From Candidatus Latescibacterota bacterium (GTDB taxonomy: Bacteria; Latescibacterota; UBA2968; UBA8231), in assembly GCA_965248265.1 (NCBI GenBank), contig CBDFJF010000001.1, positions 1,472,001 through 1,536,000 on the forward strand: 64,000 bases of DNA, given 5' to 3'. Position 1 is the stretch's first letter; each line of letters opens with the position of its first letter. The translations under genes were made by a program, and so were the position numbers. Shown here one piece after another: positions 29,535 through 38,027 of the stretch. The notes beneath the pieces are model-generated. The model was not told the origin of the DNA and ran no database searches. It saw only the letters and a list, made by a program, of their open reading frames with translations.

Positions 29535-29563
29535 ATCCTACGGTGGCAGGTGAACAGTAGCAA
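29535..29563 (-). promoter_or_regulatory. Sigma70-type promoter for the leader and rsgA
   Basis: TTGCTA-N17-TAGGAT. Confidence 0.6.
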
Positions 29564-29609
29564 GTAAAAAATTGGCATGCTGGGCCCTGGAGTAATCAGC
29601 CTATTGGGA

Positions 29610-29638
29610 TTGACAAAGCCTGCCGTCAAAGTGATACT
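29610..29638 (+). promoter_or_regulatory. Sigma70-type promoter for the small Cys-rich protein
   Basis: TTGACA-N17-GATACT. Confidence 0.6.
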
Positions 29639-29681
29639 GGCAGGTAGAGATTCTGACCCTGTTACGTGGAGCTGAACCACA

Positions 29682-29933
29682 ATGAAGAAGAACACCTTTC
29701 GAACAGCTGCCTTCGGCACTTTCCTCGGTCTGACCTTGTCATTGGGCCTTGGTTTCGGCACGACAATGTTGAGTGCGGCGGTGATTTCTCCGACAGTTGA
29801 GCAGAGCAAGACCTGCGACAAGCCCGAAGTATGTCCCCTGGAAGACAAGGTGGACTGCCCGAAAACTGCCTCCCCCAAGACTACCCAGACTTCAGCGCCC
29901 ACTCAGTGCCCGTACAGTGGTGCCAAGATCTGA
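29682..29933 (+). CDS. Small exported Cys/Pro-rich protein
   Basis: MKK-type signal peptide, 4 Cys, own promoter, GGAG RBS and terminator. Confidence 0.7.
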   Translation: MKKNTFRTAAFGTFLGLTLSLGLGFGTTMLSAAVISPTVEQSKTCDKPEVCPLEDKVDCPKTASPKTTQTSAPTQCPYSGAKI

Positions 29934-29960
29934 CGCAACCAAACAGTCCGTCATCGAGAG

Positions 29961-29991
29961 GCCCCTGGACCGCTGAGTCCGGGGGCTTTTT
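29961..29991 (+). terminator. Intrinsic terminator
   Basis: GCCCCTGGAC-CGCTGA-GTCCGGGGGC followed by TTTTT. Confidence 0.8.
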
Positions 29992-30140
29992 CGTGATCAG
30001 ACGCAGAGACCATGAGGCCCATTGCACTACTTGAGCCAATGAATATTTTTGTAACAGATTCACGAATTTCGACCGATATTATATATACCCCCTGTGCGAC
30101 TGAACGCGGGTGGAGTGTCACTCGATCAGAGGAACGAACC

Positions 30141-31193
30141 ATGGCTCAATATGAAGATCGCGACGGCGGCGGTGACGGCGACGGCGAAGAGGAGGGCGAA
30201 TCTGAGATTCCGGCGATGCAGAAGATCGGTATCCTCTTCGTCGCCTTGGGTCAGGAGACAGCCGGAGAAGTCATGAAGTTCCTCACGGACTATGAGATCG
30301 AGGAGATCACACAGTCCGTCGCGAATCTTAAAAATGTCAGCGTAGAACAGCAGGACAAGGTGATGGAGGAGTTTGAGCAGCACCTCCTCGCCGGAGAATG
30401 GGTCAGCACAGGAGGCATGGACTTCGCTCGTGGCGCTCTGGAACGCGCCGTCGGGCCCCGAAAAGCCCAGGAAATTCTCGATCGCGTTGCCAGCACCGTT
30501 TCTTCCGGTTTCTATATGCTCAAGAACGTCGCCCCGGAGCAGGTCGCCCCGTTCATCTCGCATGAGCATCCCCAGACCATTGGACTGATCCTATCGCAGT
30601 TAGACCCGGCCCAGGGTGCCGGTATTCTGGCGCAGTTGCCCGAGCGCATGCAGTCCGATGTGGCCTACCGTATCGCGACCATGGAGAACATCACTCCAGC
30701 TATCCTCAAGGAAATTGAAGAGGCCCTCGAAGCCTCGCTGCGCGACATCCTCGGCGGTAATCAGGACGTGGGTGGACCGAAGGTGGTCGCGGATATTCTC
30801 AACCTGACCGGTTCGTCGGTGGAAAAGAACGTCCTGGACCAGATGGATGCGCAGGATCCGGAAGTTGCCGAGTCCGTGCGTAACCTCATGTTCACGTTCG
30901 CCGATATCTCCAAACTCACCGACCGCGAACTACAGGTACTATTGCGCGAGGTCGATCAGAAGGATCTCGTCGTCGCGCTCAAAGCAGCCGAGGAGGAGTT
31001 GAAGGACAAGATCCTCGGCAACATGTCCGAGCGCGTGCGCACCTTCATCACTGAGGAGATGGAGTTTCTCGGCCCGATGCGTCTCAGCGAAGTGGAAGAA
31101 GTGCAGCTGCGCATCGTGCAGCAGGTACGTCAGCTCGAAGAGCAGGGCCAGGTAACCATCGTCCGCGGCGACGCCGACGATTCGTTCGTATAA
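30141..31193 (+). CDS. fliG: Flagellar motor switch protein FliG (orphan copy)
   Basis: EHPQ, GGPK, MFTF, NMSER, GPMRLSEVEEVQ; full N, M and C domains. Confidence 0.93.
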   Translation: MAQYEDRDGGGDGDGEEEGESEIPAMQKIGILFVALGQETAGEVMKFLTDYEIEEITQSVANLKNVSVEQQDKVMEEFEQHLLAGEWVSTGGMDFARGALERAVGPRKAQEILDRVASTVSSGFYMLKNVAPEQVAPFISHEHPQTIGLILSQLDPAQGAGILAQLPERMQSDVAYRIATMENITPAILKEIEEALEASLRDILGGNQDVGGPKVVADILNLTGSSVEKNVLDQMDAQDPEVAESVRNLMFTFADISKLTDRELQVLLREVDQKDLVVALKAAEEELKDKILGNMSERVRTFITEEMEFLGPMRLSEVEEVQLRIVQQVRQLEEQGQVTIVRGDADDSFV

Positions 31194-31213
31194 AACTCCC
31201 GATAGGGAGTTTT
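31192..31213. terminator. Terminator hairpin after fliG
   Basis: AAAACTCCC-GATA-GGGAGTTTT perfect inverted repeat. Confidence 0.7.
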
Positions 31214-31260
31214 CGAGTCCCCTAGCGACTTTCCCTCGCACACCGGAGGGTGTGTGTGAA

Positions 31261-31977
31261 ATGAGAATCCGCCGCTCGCCACTGCCCCTGGCTGCCGGAC
31301 TCATATTCCTGTCCATCCTGGCAGCCTGGCCCAAGGGCGTCGACGATACCTTCACCGACGCCCGCCTGACCATGGTCCGCACCGATCTGGCCGCCCGTGA
31401 CATCGCCGACACCCTGGTGCTGCAGGTGATGGCCGAAATCCCGCGACACGAATTCGTACCTCCGCCCCTCCGGAGCATGGCCTACCAGGATCGCCCCTTG
31501 CCGATCGGCAAGGACCAGACCATTTCGCAACCCTACATAGTCGCCTTCATGACCCAGGCACTCGAACTGGAAGCCGGGGATCGGGTGCTGGAAATCGGTA
31601 CCGGCTCGGGCTACCAGGCGGCCGTGTTGGCGCGACTGGTCGAGCACGTGTACACCATCGAGATAATCCCTTCACTTGGAGATAGCGCCCGCGAGGTACT
31701 ACGACGACGGGGCTACGACAACGTCACCGTTCGCATCGGTGACGGCTACGTCGGCTGGCCGACCGAGGCGCCCTTCGATGCCATAATGGTCACCGCCGCA
31801 CCCGACCACGTGCCGCCAGCCTTGGTGGAGCAATTGGCCGAGGGCGGACACCTGGTGTTACCGGTGGGGGACTATTATCAGGAGTTACTGCGATTGACGA
31901 AGCGCGATGGGAAGATACTTTCCGAATCCCTGTTGCCCGTGCGCTTCGTGCCCATGACGGGACAGGCGCAGGAATAG
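31261..31977 (+). CDS. pcm: Protein-L-isoaspartate O-methyltransferase
   Basis: QTISQPYIVA, VLEIGTGSGYQAA, APFDAI.VTAA, VRFVPM; hydrophobic N-terminus. Confidence 0.95.
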   Translation: MRIRRSPLPLAAGLIFLSILAAWPKGVDDTFTDARLTMVRTDLAARDIADTLVLQVMAEIPRHEFVPPPLRSMAYQDRPLPIGKDQTISQPYIVAFMTQALELEAGDRVLEIGTGSGYQAAVLARLVEHVYTIEIIPSLGDSAREVLRRRGYDNVTVRIGDGYVGWPTEAPFDAIMVTAAPDHVPPALVEQLAEGGHLVLPVGDYYQELLRLTKRDGKILSESLLPVRFVPMTGQAQE

Positions 31978-32111
31978 GCGGCCTGCGGCGGAGCTATTGG
32001 TCCACCAGTGACCTCTGCCCCAGCTGACCATCCCAGAATTCCCGCAAAATCTCCAGCTAGTACGGAATCACCAGTTTGCCTTGCATCTGGTCATCGGCAG
32101 AAATCGGTAGT

Positions 32112-32630
32112 TCAAGGCGTTTGGTCCCACATTATTCGATCCACGGGGAGTTGTCCGTAGTATTGCCACATGATCGCCGGTGACACCAGCTGAACCGCAA
32201 GAACCACCAAGGCTGTGATGCCGAGCACCTTGGGCTTTCGTGTCAGTTGTGTTACCGTGCGAACGAACCGACCCTCTGCCTGGATGCCAGCCCGTACGGC
32301 CAGACGAATAACATCACCGAACACAAGAAGTGTGAATAAGCCTACAACCGCAGCCGTTGCCGCTGAGCCCAGGTAAGAAGAAAGCGCTATCGATGCACTG
32401 ACAGATAGATCCCCAAAAAGCGATGCCCCTTGCTGGTAGGAGTCCATTGTTTCGCGATACATCCATGCGACTACCAGCCTCGTGAGCAGGTACTGTCCCA
32501 ATCCGGCGCAGATCCAAGGAGCACTTTGCCATTGCAGATTTCGCCGGGCCCAGAGAAGACCCCCGACAAGCAATGTTGCAGTGGCCAACAATAGTGCGAA
32601 ATACAGAGAAGCCATCACCGATAGAATCAC
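32112..32630 (-). CDS. Hypothetical membrane protein
   Basis: About 4 hydrophobic helices; AGGAGG RBS before GTG. Confidence 0.55.
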   Translation of the reverse strand: MILSVMASLYFALLLATATLLVGGLLWARRNLQWQSAPWICAGLGQYLLTRLVVAWMYRETMDSYQQGASLFGDLSVSASIALSSYLGSAATAAVVGLFTLLVFGDVIRLAVRAGIQAEGRFVRTVTQLTRKPKVLGITALVVLAVQLVSPAIMWQYYGQLPVDRIMWDQTP

Positions 32631-32753
32631 ATCACACCTCCTGCTATCGTGGCCTCCAAAGGGCTCTCTCTGCCAGGCGCATTTCGTCGGCTCGGAGGGC
32701 GCAGAGGAGTGATCACGCTTGACGTTATTCACGTATTGCGTTACTAATCATGG

Positions 32754-33032
32754 ATGATTATATCATTCAGGTGTTCTGACACGCAAGCACTCGCCAGCGG
32801 ACGGCGAATCGCGCGATTCTCAGGCATTGAGTCCGTTGCCAGGCGGAAACTGCGTCAACTGCAGATCGCAGGTAGACTTGCTGACCTTCGTGTCCCGCCG
32901 GGAAATCGCCTCGAGAAACTCAAGGGGAATCGAGCCGGACAGCACAGTATTCGCGTCAATGACCAGTTTCGAGTCTGCTTCCGCTGGTCAACCGCCGGCG
33001 CGAGTGATGTCGAGATCGTGGACTACCACTAG
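32754..33032 (+). CDS. higB: HigB toxin (RelE/ParE superfamily)
   Basis: DLRVPPGNRLEKLKG, HSIRVNDQFRVCF, VEIVDYH. Confidence 0.95.
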   Translation: MIISFRCSDTQALASGRRIARFSGIESVARRKLRQLQIAGRLADLRVPPGNRLEKLKGNRAGQHSIRVNDQFRVCFRWSTAGASDVEIVDYH

Positions 33033-33041
33033 GGGGAGACT

Positions 33042-33359
33042 ATGCCCAAGTTAAAACCGGTTACGCCTGGAGAACTGCTGCGAGAGGAATTCCTCGTGCC
33101 GATGGGTCTCTCGCAGTATCGCCTGGCCAAGGAGATTGGTGTTCCCGCTCAGCGCATCAGCGAGATCGTAGCAGGCCGGCGAGCCATTACGGCTGATACG
33201 GATCTGCGACTGTGTCGGTTTTTTGGCCTCTCCAATGGTTACTGGCTGAGGGCTCAGGCCGCCCACGATACGGAAGTGGCTGAGGAATCTCTCGCCAAGA
33301 CCCTGGCGAAGATCCAGCCTTGGAGCAAATCGCGACCTGCGGCTGGCCAGATCGCCTGA
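33042..33359 (+). CDS. higA: HigA antitoxin (HTH)
   Basis: TPGELLREEFL, ITADTDLRL, YWLRAQ; follows the toxin. Confidence 0.95.
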   Translation: MPKLKPVTPGELLREEFLVPMGLSQYRLAKEIGVPAQRISEIVAGRRAITADTDLRLCRFFGLSNGYWLRAQAAHDTEVAEESLAKTLAKIQPWSKSRPAAGQIA

Positions 33360-33380
33360 CAGCACGTTGCGTCCCCGCGA

Positions 33381-34451
33381 TCACCCCTCCAGTGGCCGGC
33401 CCCAGGTCTCCATCAGTGGCTTCGGCGGTAAATCCACCGGCTTGCCGAAGTGCACCGACTGGACCACCCCCTCGCAGAACTCCATGTACCTCAAGCCCTC
33501 CTCGAATGACGGATGCACGGGCGTACCCTCGCGTATGGCCTGGATGAACTCGGCATCCGTTGTCTGTTCGCGGATCTCGTCTGGACGAGGTTCCAGTACC
33601 TCCATCTCCTCCATGCCCTCCGTCGCACCCATGATGTCGTCCCCGGGCAGTGTGTAGACGATCGCCCCCTTCGAACCGTAGATCTCGATGCTGTCTTTGG
33701 GTGCCATGGCCGCATCGGATGAGAAGTGGTAGGTACCGGACGCGCCACATTCCAGCTCGACGGCCAGCACCAAGGAATCCGGAACGACGGCATCAATCTC
33801 GCCACCGTCAGCCGTCGGAACGCGGGGAGTGTATGTGTTTGCCCGCGCGAACACCGATGTGGCGGGACCAACCCAGCGATTGAGCACCTCGATCCACAGA
33901 CCCATCGCCAGCATGTGACAACCGCTTACCGCCGGGTCGAGGCGCCAGTGATATCCACCACCACCCATCCCTGAACGCGCGCTCATGCCTGTGATGCGGA
34001 CTTCGTGCACATCGCCGATGTACTCTTTGTCGTTAATCAGTCGACGCATCAGGTTGTCGCCCTTGAGACCGGGCAACGGCGGATAGAGGACGGTTACCCT
34101 GTCGGAGTTTCTGGCAGCCTCTGCCATCGCCAGCGCCTCGGCCAGGTTGCGGGCCATGCGGGCCTGGCACAGCACGTGCTTCCCTCCGGCAAGCGCTGCC
34201 AGGGTTGCGTCGTGATGCAGGACCGGCGGCGTGGCGATGACGACGGCGTCGATGTCAGGGGACTCAGCTATTTCACGCCAGTCCGCTACGGTGCTGCCGA
34301 TGCCGAACTCCTCAGCGATCGCCTGGCTCTTTTCGGGCGTGCGATTCCACACCTGGGTCAGCTCTACTCCCGCTATGGCCTGAAGTCGAGGAATGTTCCG
34401 AGACCTGGCCACTCCGCCGGCACCGATGACGCCGATTCGTATCGTATCCAT
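33381..34451 (-). CDS. Gfo/Idh/MocA family oxidoreductase
   Basis: IGVIGAGG, IATPP, HVLCQARMA. Confidence 0.9.
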   Translation of the reverse strand: MDTIRIGVIGAGGVARSRNIPRLQAIAGVELTQVWNRTPEKSQAIAEEFGIGSTVADWREIAESPDIDAVVIATPPVLHHDATLAALAGGKHVLCQARMARNLAEALAMAEAARNSDRVTVLYPPLPGLKGDNLMRRLINDKEYIGDVHEVRITGMSARSGMGGGGYHWRLDPAVSGCHMLAMGLWIEVLNRWVGPATSVFARANTYTPRVPTADGGEIDAVVPDSLVLAVELECGASGTYHFSSDAAMAPKDSIEIYGSKGAIVYTLPGDDIMGATEGMEEMEVLEPRPDEIREQTTDAEFIQAIREGTPVHPSFEEGLRYMEFCEGVVQSVHFGKPVDLPPKPLMETWGRPLEG

Positions 34452-34478
34452 CCTGTTCTCGTCCGTTTCTTTCAGTTT

Positions 34479-35753
34479 CTACTGTTGAGGCTGATAGAAC
34501 CAATCCTCCGACATCACCCTGACCTTGTTGCCGCGATCGTGGGGGGCCAGCCCCACGTCGACCATCAGCTGGTCATAGTCGACACCGTAGACATCGGCGA
34601 TGACGGCCTTGTCACCAAACACGCACATGCCGTACGTGATCAAGACCTTGCCATCGTGGAAGGCGATCGTCGGCTCATTACAACGCAGCGGACCGGGGGC
34701 ACGATGATAGCGCTTGCGATCCACTGGTTGACTGAATTTACCCAGCACAACTTTCTCGATTACTGGCGGTTCGACCCAGGCCGTGTCATCCAGCGACTCC
34801 AGATTGCGATGATGTTCCCAGGTCTCCCCTTCGTCTTTGCTGATGGCGCAGGACAGTCGATGCCGGTACAGACCGATCGCCAGCTCCCAGGGCGAGATCT
34901 GATTCCAGATCACCAGCAGATCACCGCTGCCTGGCAGCCGCTTCAAATTGCACGGTGCGGCAGAGGCAGCCAGCTTCGACGGAAACGGCTCCGTCCAGGT
35001 CTCGCAGTTGTCGTCCGAATACGCCTGGAAGTAGCGCCCCAGATGCGTTCGCCCCATCATCAGCACCCGTCCATCCTTGAGTTCGACGACGGCCGGCTCC
35101 TCGATCGAGTGGCTGCCCCCGGCGCCGTTCTCGAGCGTCACAAAGGTCTCGTTTCTGCTCCTGGTCCAGCTGACGCCTTCATCATCGGAATAATAGGCAT
35201 AGCCGTAGGCAAGGACCCCACCGGTCCCACCGCTGAAATCCTCTCCGAAGCGGCGGATGATCTTGGGATTGCCCGTCCACGTCGGCTTGATCACCGAGAA
35301 CGCCGGCATCACGATACGGCCGCTGCCCAGGACGATCAGGTTGTCGTGGTTCGTGTGCACGTCGGTGTGGGGAGGATTGATGTCCAACCCCGCGGTCCAG
35401 GTGGCACCACCATCGGCCGACGTATGGAAAGTGTTGACGCTGCGGTTGTCCTCCATGTACCGCGTCACCATCAGACCCAGATCGCCACCCGGAAGCCACA
35501 GCAACTGGGTCTCCAGTGAGCCGACTACATCACCGCCCCCAGTGAGCTTGAGGTTGACGGGGTCCGTCCACGTCTGACCGCCGTCCTCGGAGTAGTTGGC
35601 TTGCAGCGGGCGATCGTCCGCGTGACCGGGCGCCCACACCCACACCAGGCGGCCGTCTTTGAGCGGGACCACACTTCCGTACGATGGACTGTGGCCGACC
35701 TTGTCCAGCTTGATCACTTCGTTGACGGACTCATGGGTTCCCACTGCCGTCAT
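34479..35753 (-). CDS. Sialidase-like BNR/Asp-box beta-propeller protein
   Basis: Asp boxes SEDGGQTW, SADGGATW, SDDEGVSW, SDDNCETW, SKDEGETW. Confidence 0.88.
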   Translation of the reverse strand: MTAVGTHESVNEVIKLDKVGHSPSYGSVVPLKDGRLVWVWAPGHADDRPLQANYSEDGGQTWTDPVNLKLTGGGDVVGSLETQLLWLPGGDLGLMVTRYMEDNRSVNTFHTSADGGATWTAGLDINPPHTDVHTNHDNLIVLGSGRIVMPAFSVIKPTWTGNPKIIRRFGEDFSGGTGGVLAYGYAYYSDDEGVSWTRSRNETFVTLENGAGGSHSIEEPAVVELKDGRVLMMGRTHLGRYFQAYSDDNCETWTEPFPSKLAASAAPCNLKRLPGSGDLLVIWNQISPWELAIGLYRHRLSCAISKDEGETWEHHRNLESLDDTAWVEPPVIEKVVLGKFSQPVDRKRYHRAPGPLRCNEPTIAFHDGKVLITYGMCVFGDKAVIADVYGVDYDQLMVDVGLAPHDRGNKVRVMSEDWFYQPQQ

Positions 35754-37807
35754 TGCGCTGCGGCTTCCTCGCCAAAGTTATCGGAGAACAAGAAGAAATC
35801 GTCGAGGTCGAGGACGGCATCCCGGTTGAGATCGAACAGCGGGGCGGGATCCCGGAAGCTGTCCACGAACAGGAAGAAATCGCCGAAATCGACGCGACCA
35901 TTGCCATCGAAATCCCCCGTCAGAACGCCCTCGATGGGCCCGCTGACAATCGTCGCCGCCGACAGGACAATCTGGCTGTCCACGATTTCCCCTTCGCGGC
36001 TCAGCTCTATCCCCACCACCGTTAGATCGGTGCTGCCGCCGAACTCTTCCAGGATCTCAAACGACAGCACGCCAAGCTCTCCGTTGCCGGAACTTGGGTC
36101 TTCCGCACTGACGCTGAGGCTGACCAAGCCATCTTCGCCGCTTGCCGTGGCGTCGATTGCGGCCAGGAAATCACCAGCTCTGAAACTCCCGTCGAAGTAA
36201 CGCAGTTGACCCGGATCGAATTCTACATCGACGCGCCAGTGATCGATCTCCGGGGCATCGACGATGTGCAGCTCACAGGCGTGAATCTGACCGACTGCGG
36301 CTGGACCGGTAAGACGGCGCTGCTGGTCTCCCGGGAGTAGATCGAAATCGATGGATACTGGACCTAGCGGCGGCGTTCTGTCTTCTACCGTGATGGTGAT
36401 GGTTTCCGAATCGGCACCATCACGCTCGTCGGTCGCTGTGAAGGTGACACTGTACGCGCCCGACTGGTCGAAGCCCGGGGTCCAGTCGAACGTGGCCCCT
36501 GTCAGAGACGCACGCGTGGGCAGATCTTCCGCTGAGAAGCTGACTTCTTCACCATCTGGATCAGTCCCTGACAGGACGAAACTGAGCGTTTCCGCCTCGC
36601 CCACAGTCTGATCTCCGATCGCACTGAGTTCCGGAGGCTGATTCAGATCATTGACCGTGATGGTGATGGTCTCCGAATCCGTGTCCCCTTGCCCGTCGTC
36701 GGCGGTGAAGGTCACGTCGTAGGTACCCGACTGGCTGAGGCTGGGGGTCCAATTGAAGGTGGCTCCGGAGAGCGTCGCCCCAGACGGTGCACCGGAGACC
36801 GTGAAGCTCACATTGTCTCCGTCGGAATCGGTGGCCGTGAGGGTGAAACTCAGAAGAACACCTTCGACCACAGTTTTGTCGCCAATCGCCCCGAGTTGGG
36901 GTGACCGGTTCACATCTTGGACCGTGATAGTGATGTTCTCCGAATCTGTGTTCCCTTGCCCGTCGTCCGCGGTGAAGGTCAAGTTGTAGGTACCCGACTG
37001 ACTGAAGCTGGGGGCCCAATTGAAGGTGGCTCCGGAGAGCGACGAACCAGACGGCGCACCGGAGACCGTGAAGCTCATATTGTCTCCATCAGAATCGGTG
37101 GCCGTGAGGGCGAAACTGAGAAGGAACCCTTCGGCCACAGTTTTGCCGCCAATCGCCCCGAGTTGGGGTGCCTGATTCAGATCATTGACCGTGATGGTGA
37201 TGGTCTCCGAATCGGTGTTCCCTTGCCCGTCGTCCGCGGTGAAGGTCAGGTTGTAAGTGCCCGATTGGCTGAAGCTGGGAGTCCAGCTGAACGTGGCCCC
37301 GGAGAGCGATGCCCCGGACGGCGCACCGGAGACCGTGAAGCTCACATTGTCTCCGTCGGAATCGGTGGCCGTGAGAGTGAAACTCAGAAGGACACCTTCG
37401 GCCACAGTCTTGCCGCCGATCGCAGCCAACACCGGTGCGCTGTTCTGCGCGGCGGGGACGCTGCTGGCATCACCCGGTTTGGATACCAGGGCCGAGTTCC
37501 CCTGCGCTCCGGAAACCCAGGTTCCGTTGGGATCCTGCAACTCAGTGCCGTTCGTGAATCCGTCCCCATCCGAATCCAGCGCCGCCAGCGTGGGTCCCCA
37601 GTCCACGTCGTTCCCGATGAGTCCGGCTTGGACTGCCAGGCCGAAGGCGTTGCGGGTACCACCGCCATTGGGGTTGACGTGGCAGTTGGAACAGCCGTTG
37701 ACGGAGCCGTTCGGAAGCTGGGCCACCCGATGGAAGCGGGCTAGCACACCCCCTGCGGCGAGCAACAGCAACGATGCCGTCAGCACTCCAATTATTGGTC
37801 GTGACAT
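35750..37807 (-). CDS. Secreted multidomain protein: CxxCH/temptin-like domain, 4 cadherin/Ig-like repeats, cohesin-like domain, dockerin/EF-hand tail
   Basis: Signal peptide; CSNCH..GGG.RN.FG...DSDGDG.TN.EL.DP; NxxP...ATD.DGD...WTP repeats; GDFDGNGRVDFGDFFLF and DLNRDAVLDLDDFFLF. Confidence 0.85.
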   Translation of the reverse strand: MSRPIIGVLTASLLLLAAGGVLARFHRVAQLPNGSVNGCSNCHVNPNGGGTRNAFGLAVQAGLIGNDVDWGPTLAALDSDGDGFTNGTELQDPNGTWVSGAQGNSALVSKPGDASSVPAAQNSAPVLAAIGGKTVAEGVLLSFTLTATDSDGDNVSFTVSGAPSGASLSGATFSWTPSFSQSGTYNLTFTADDGQGNTDSETITITVNDLNQAPQLGAIGGKTVAEGFLLSFALTATDSDGDNMSFTVSGAPSGSSLSGATFNWAPSFSQSGTYNLTFTADDGQGNTDSENITITVQDVNRSPQLGAIGDKTVVEGVLLSFTLTATDSDGDNVSFTVSGAPSGATLSGATFNWTPSLSQSGTYDVTFTADDGQGDTDSETITITVNDLNQPPELSAIGDQTVGEAETLSFVLSGTDPDGEEVSFSAEDLPTRASLTGATFDWTPGFDQSGAYSVTFTATDERDGADSETITITVEDRTPPLGPVSIDFDLLPGDQQRRLTGPAAVGQIHACELHIVDAPEIDHWRVDVEFDPGQLRYFDGSFRAGDFLAAIDATASGEDGLVSLSVSAEDPSSGNGELGVLSFEILEEFGGSTDLTVVGIELSREGEIVDSQIVLSAATIVSGPIEGVLTGDFDGNGRVDFGDFFLFVDSFRDPAPLFDLNRDAVLDLDDFFLFSDNFGEEAAAQ
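36377..37444 (-). repeat. Four tandem 267-bp (89-aa) intragenic repeats
   Basis: Unit starts at 37444, 37177, 36910 and 36643; the first three are near-identical in DNA, the fourth diverged. Confidence 0.92.
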
Positions 37808-38027
37808 TCATAGTTCCCCGTATTGCGCACCGTCTAGCTGACCCATAACGATACACCAATGCCGACTCAGACGAAAACAGATCGATTCACCCTCTGACTA
37901 CAGGTCGTAGGCCTGCTTGTGGCCGGGGTGCCGCAGTCGTATGGTACCGTAAACCCTGCAGATTGAATCGGGTTTGAACCCTCGCCCGCCGGACAGACCG
38001 TCCGCGTCCGAGATTGGAGACGTCGCC

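Noticed and set aside
36377-37444. Tandem repeats as a CRISPR or non-coding array
   Set aside because: 267-bp in-frame protein domain repeats with no spacers
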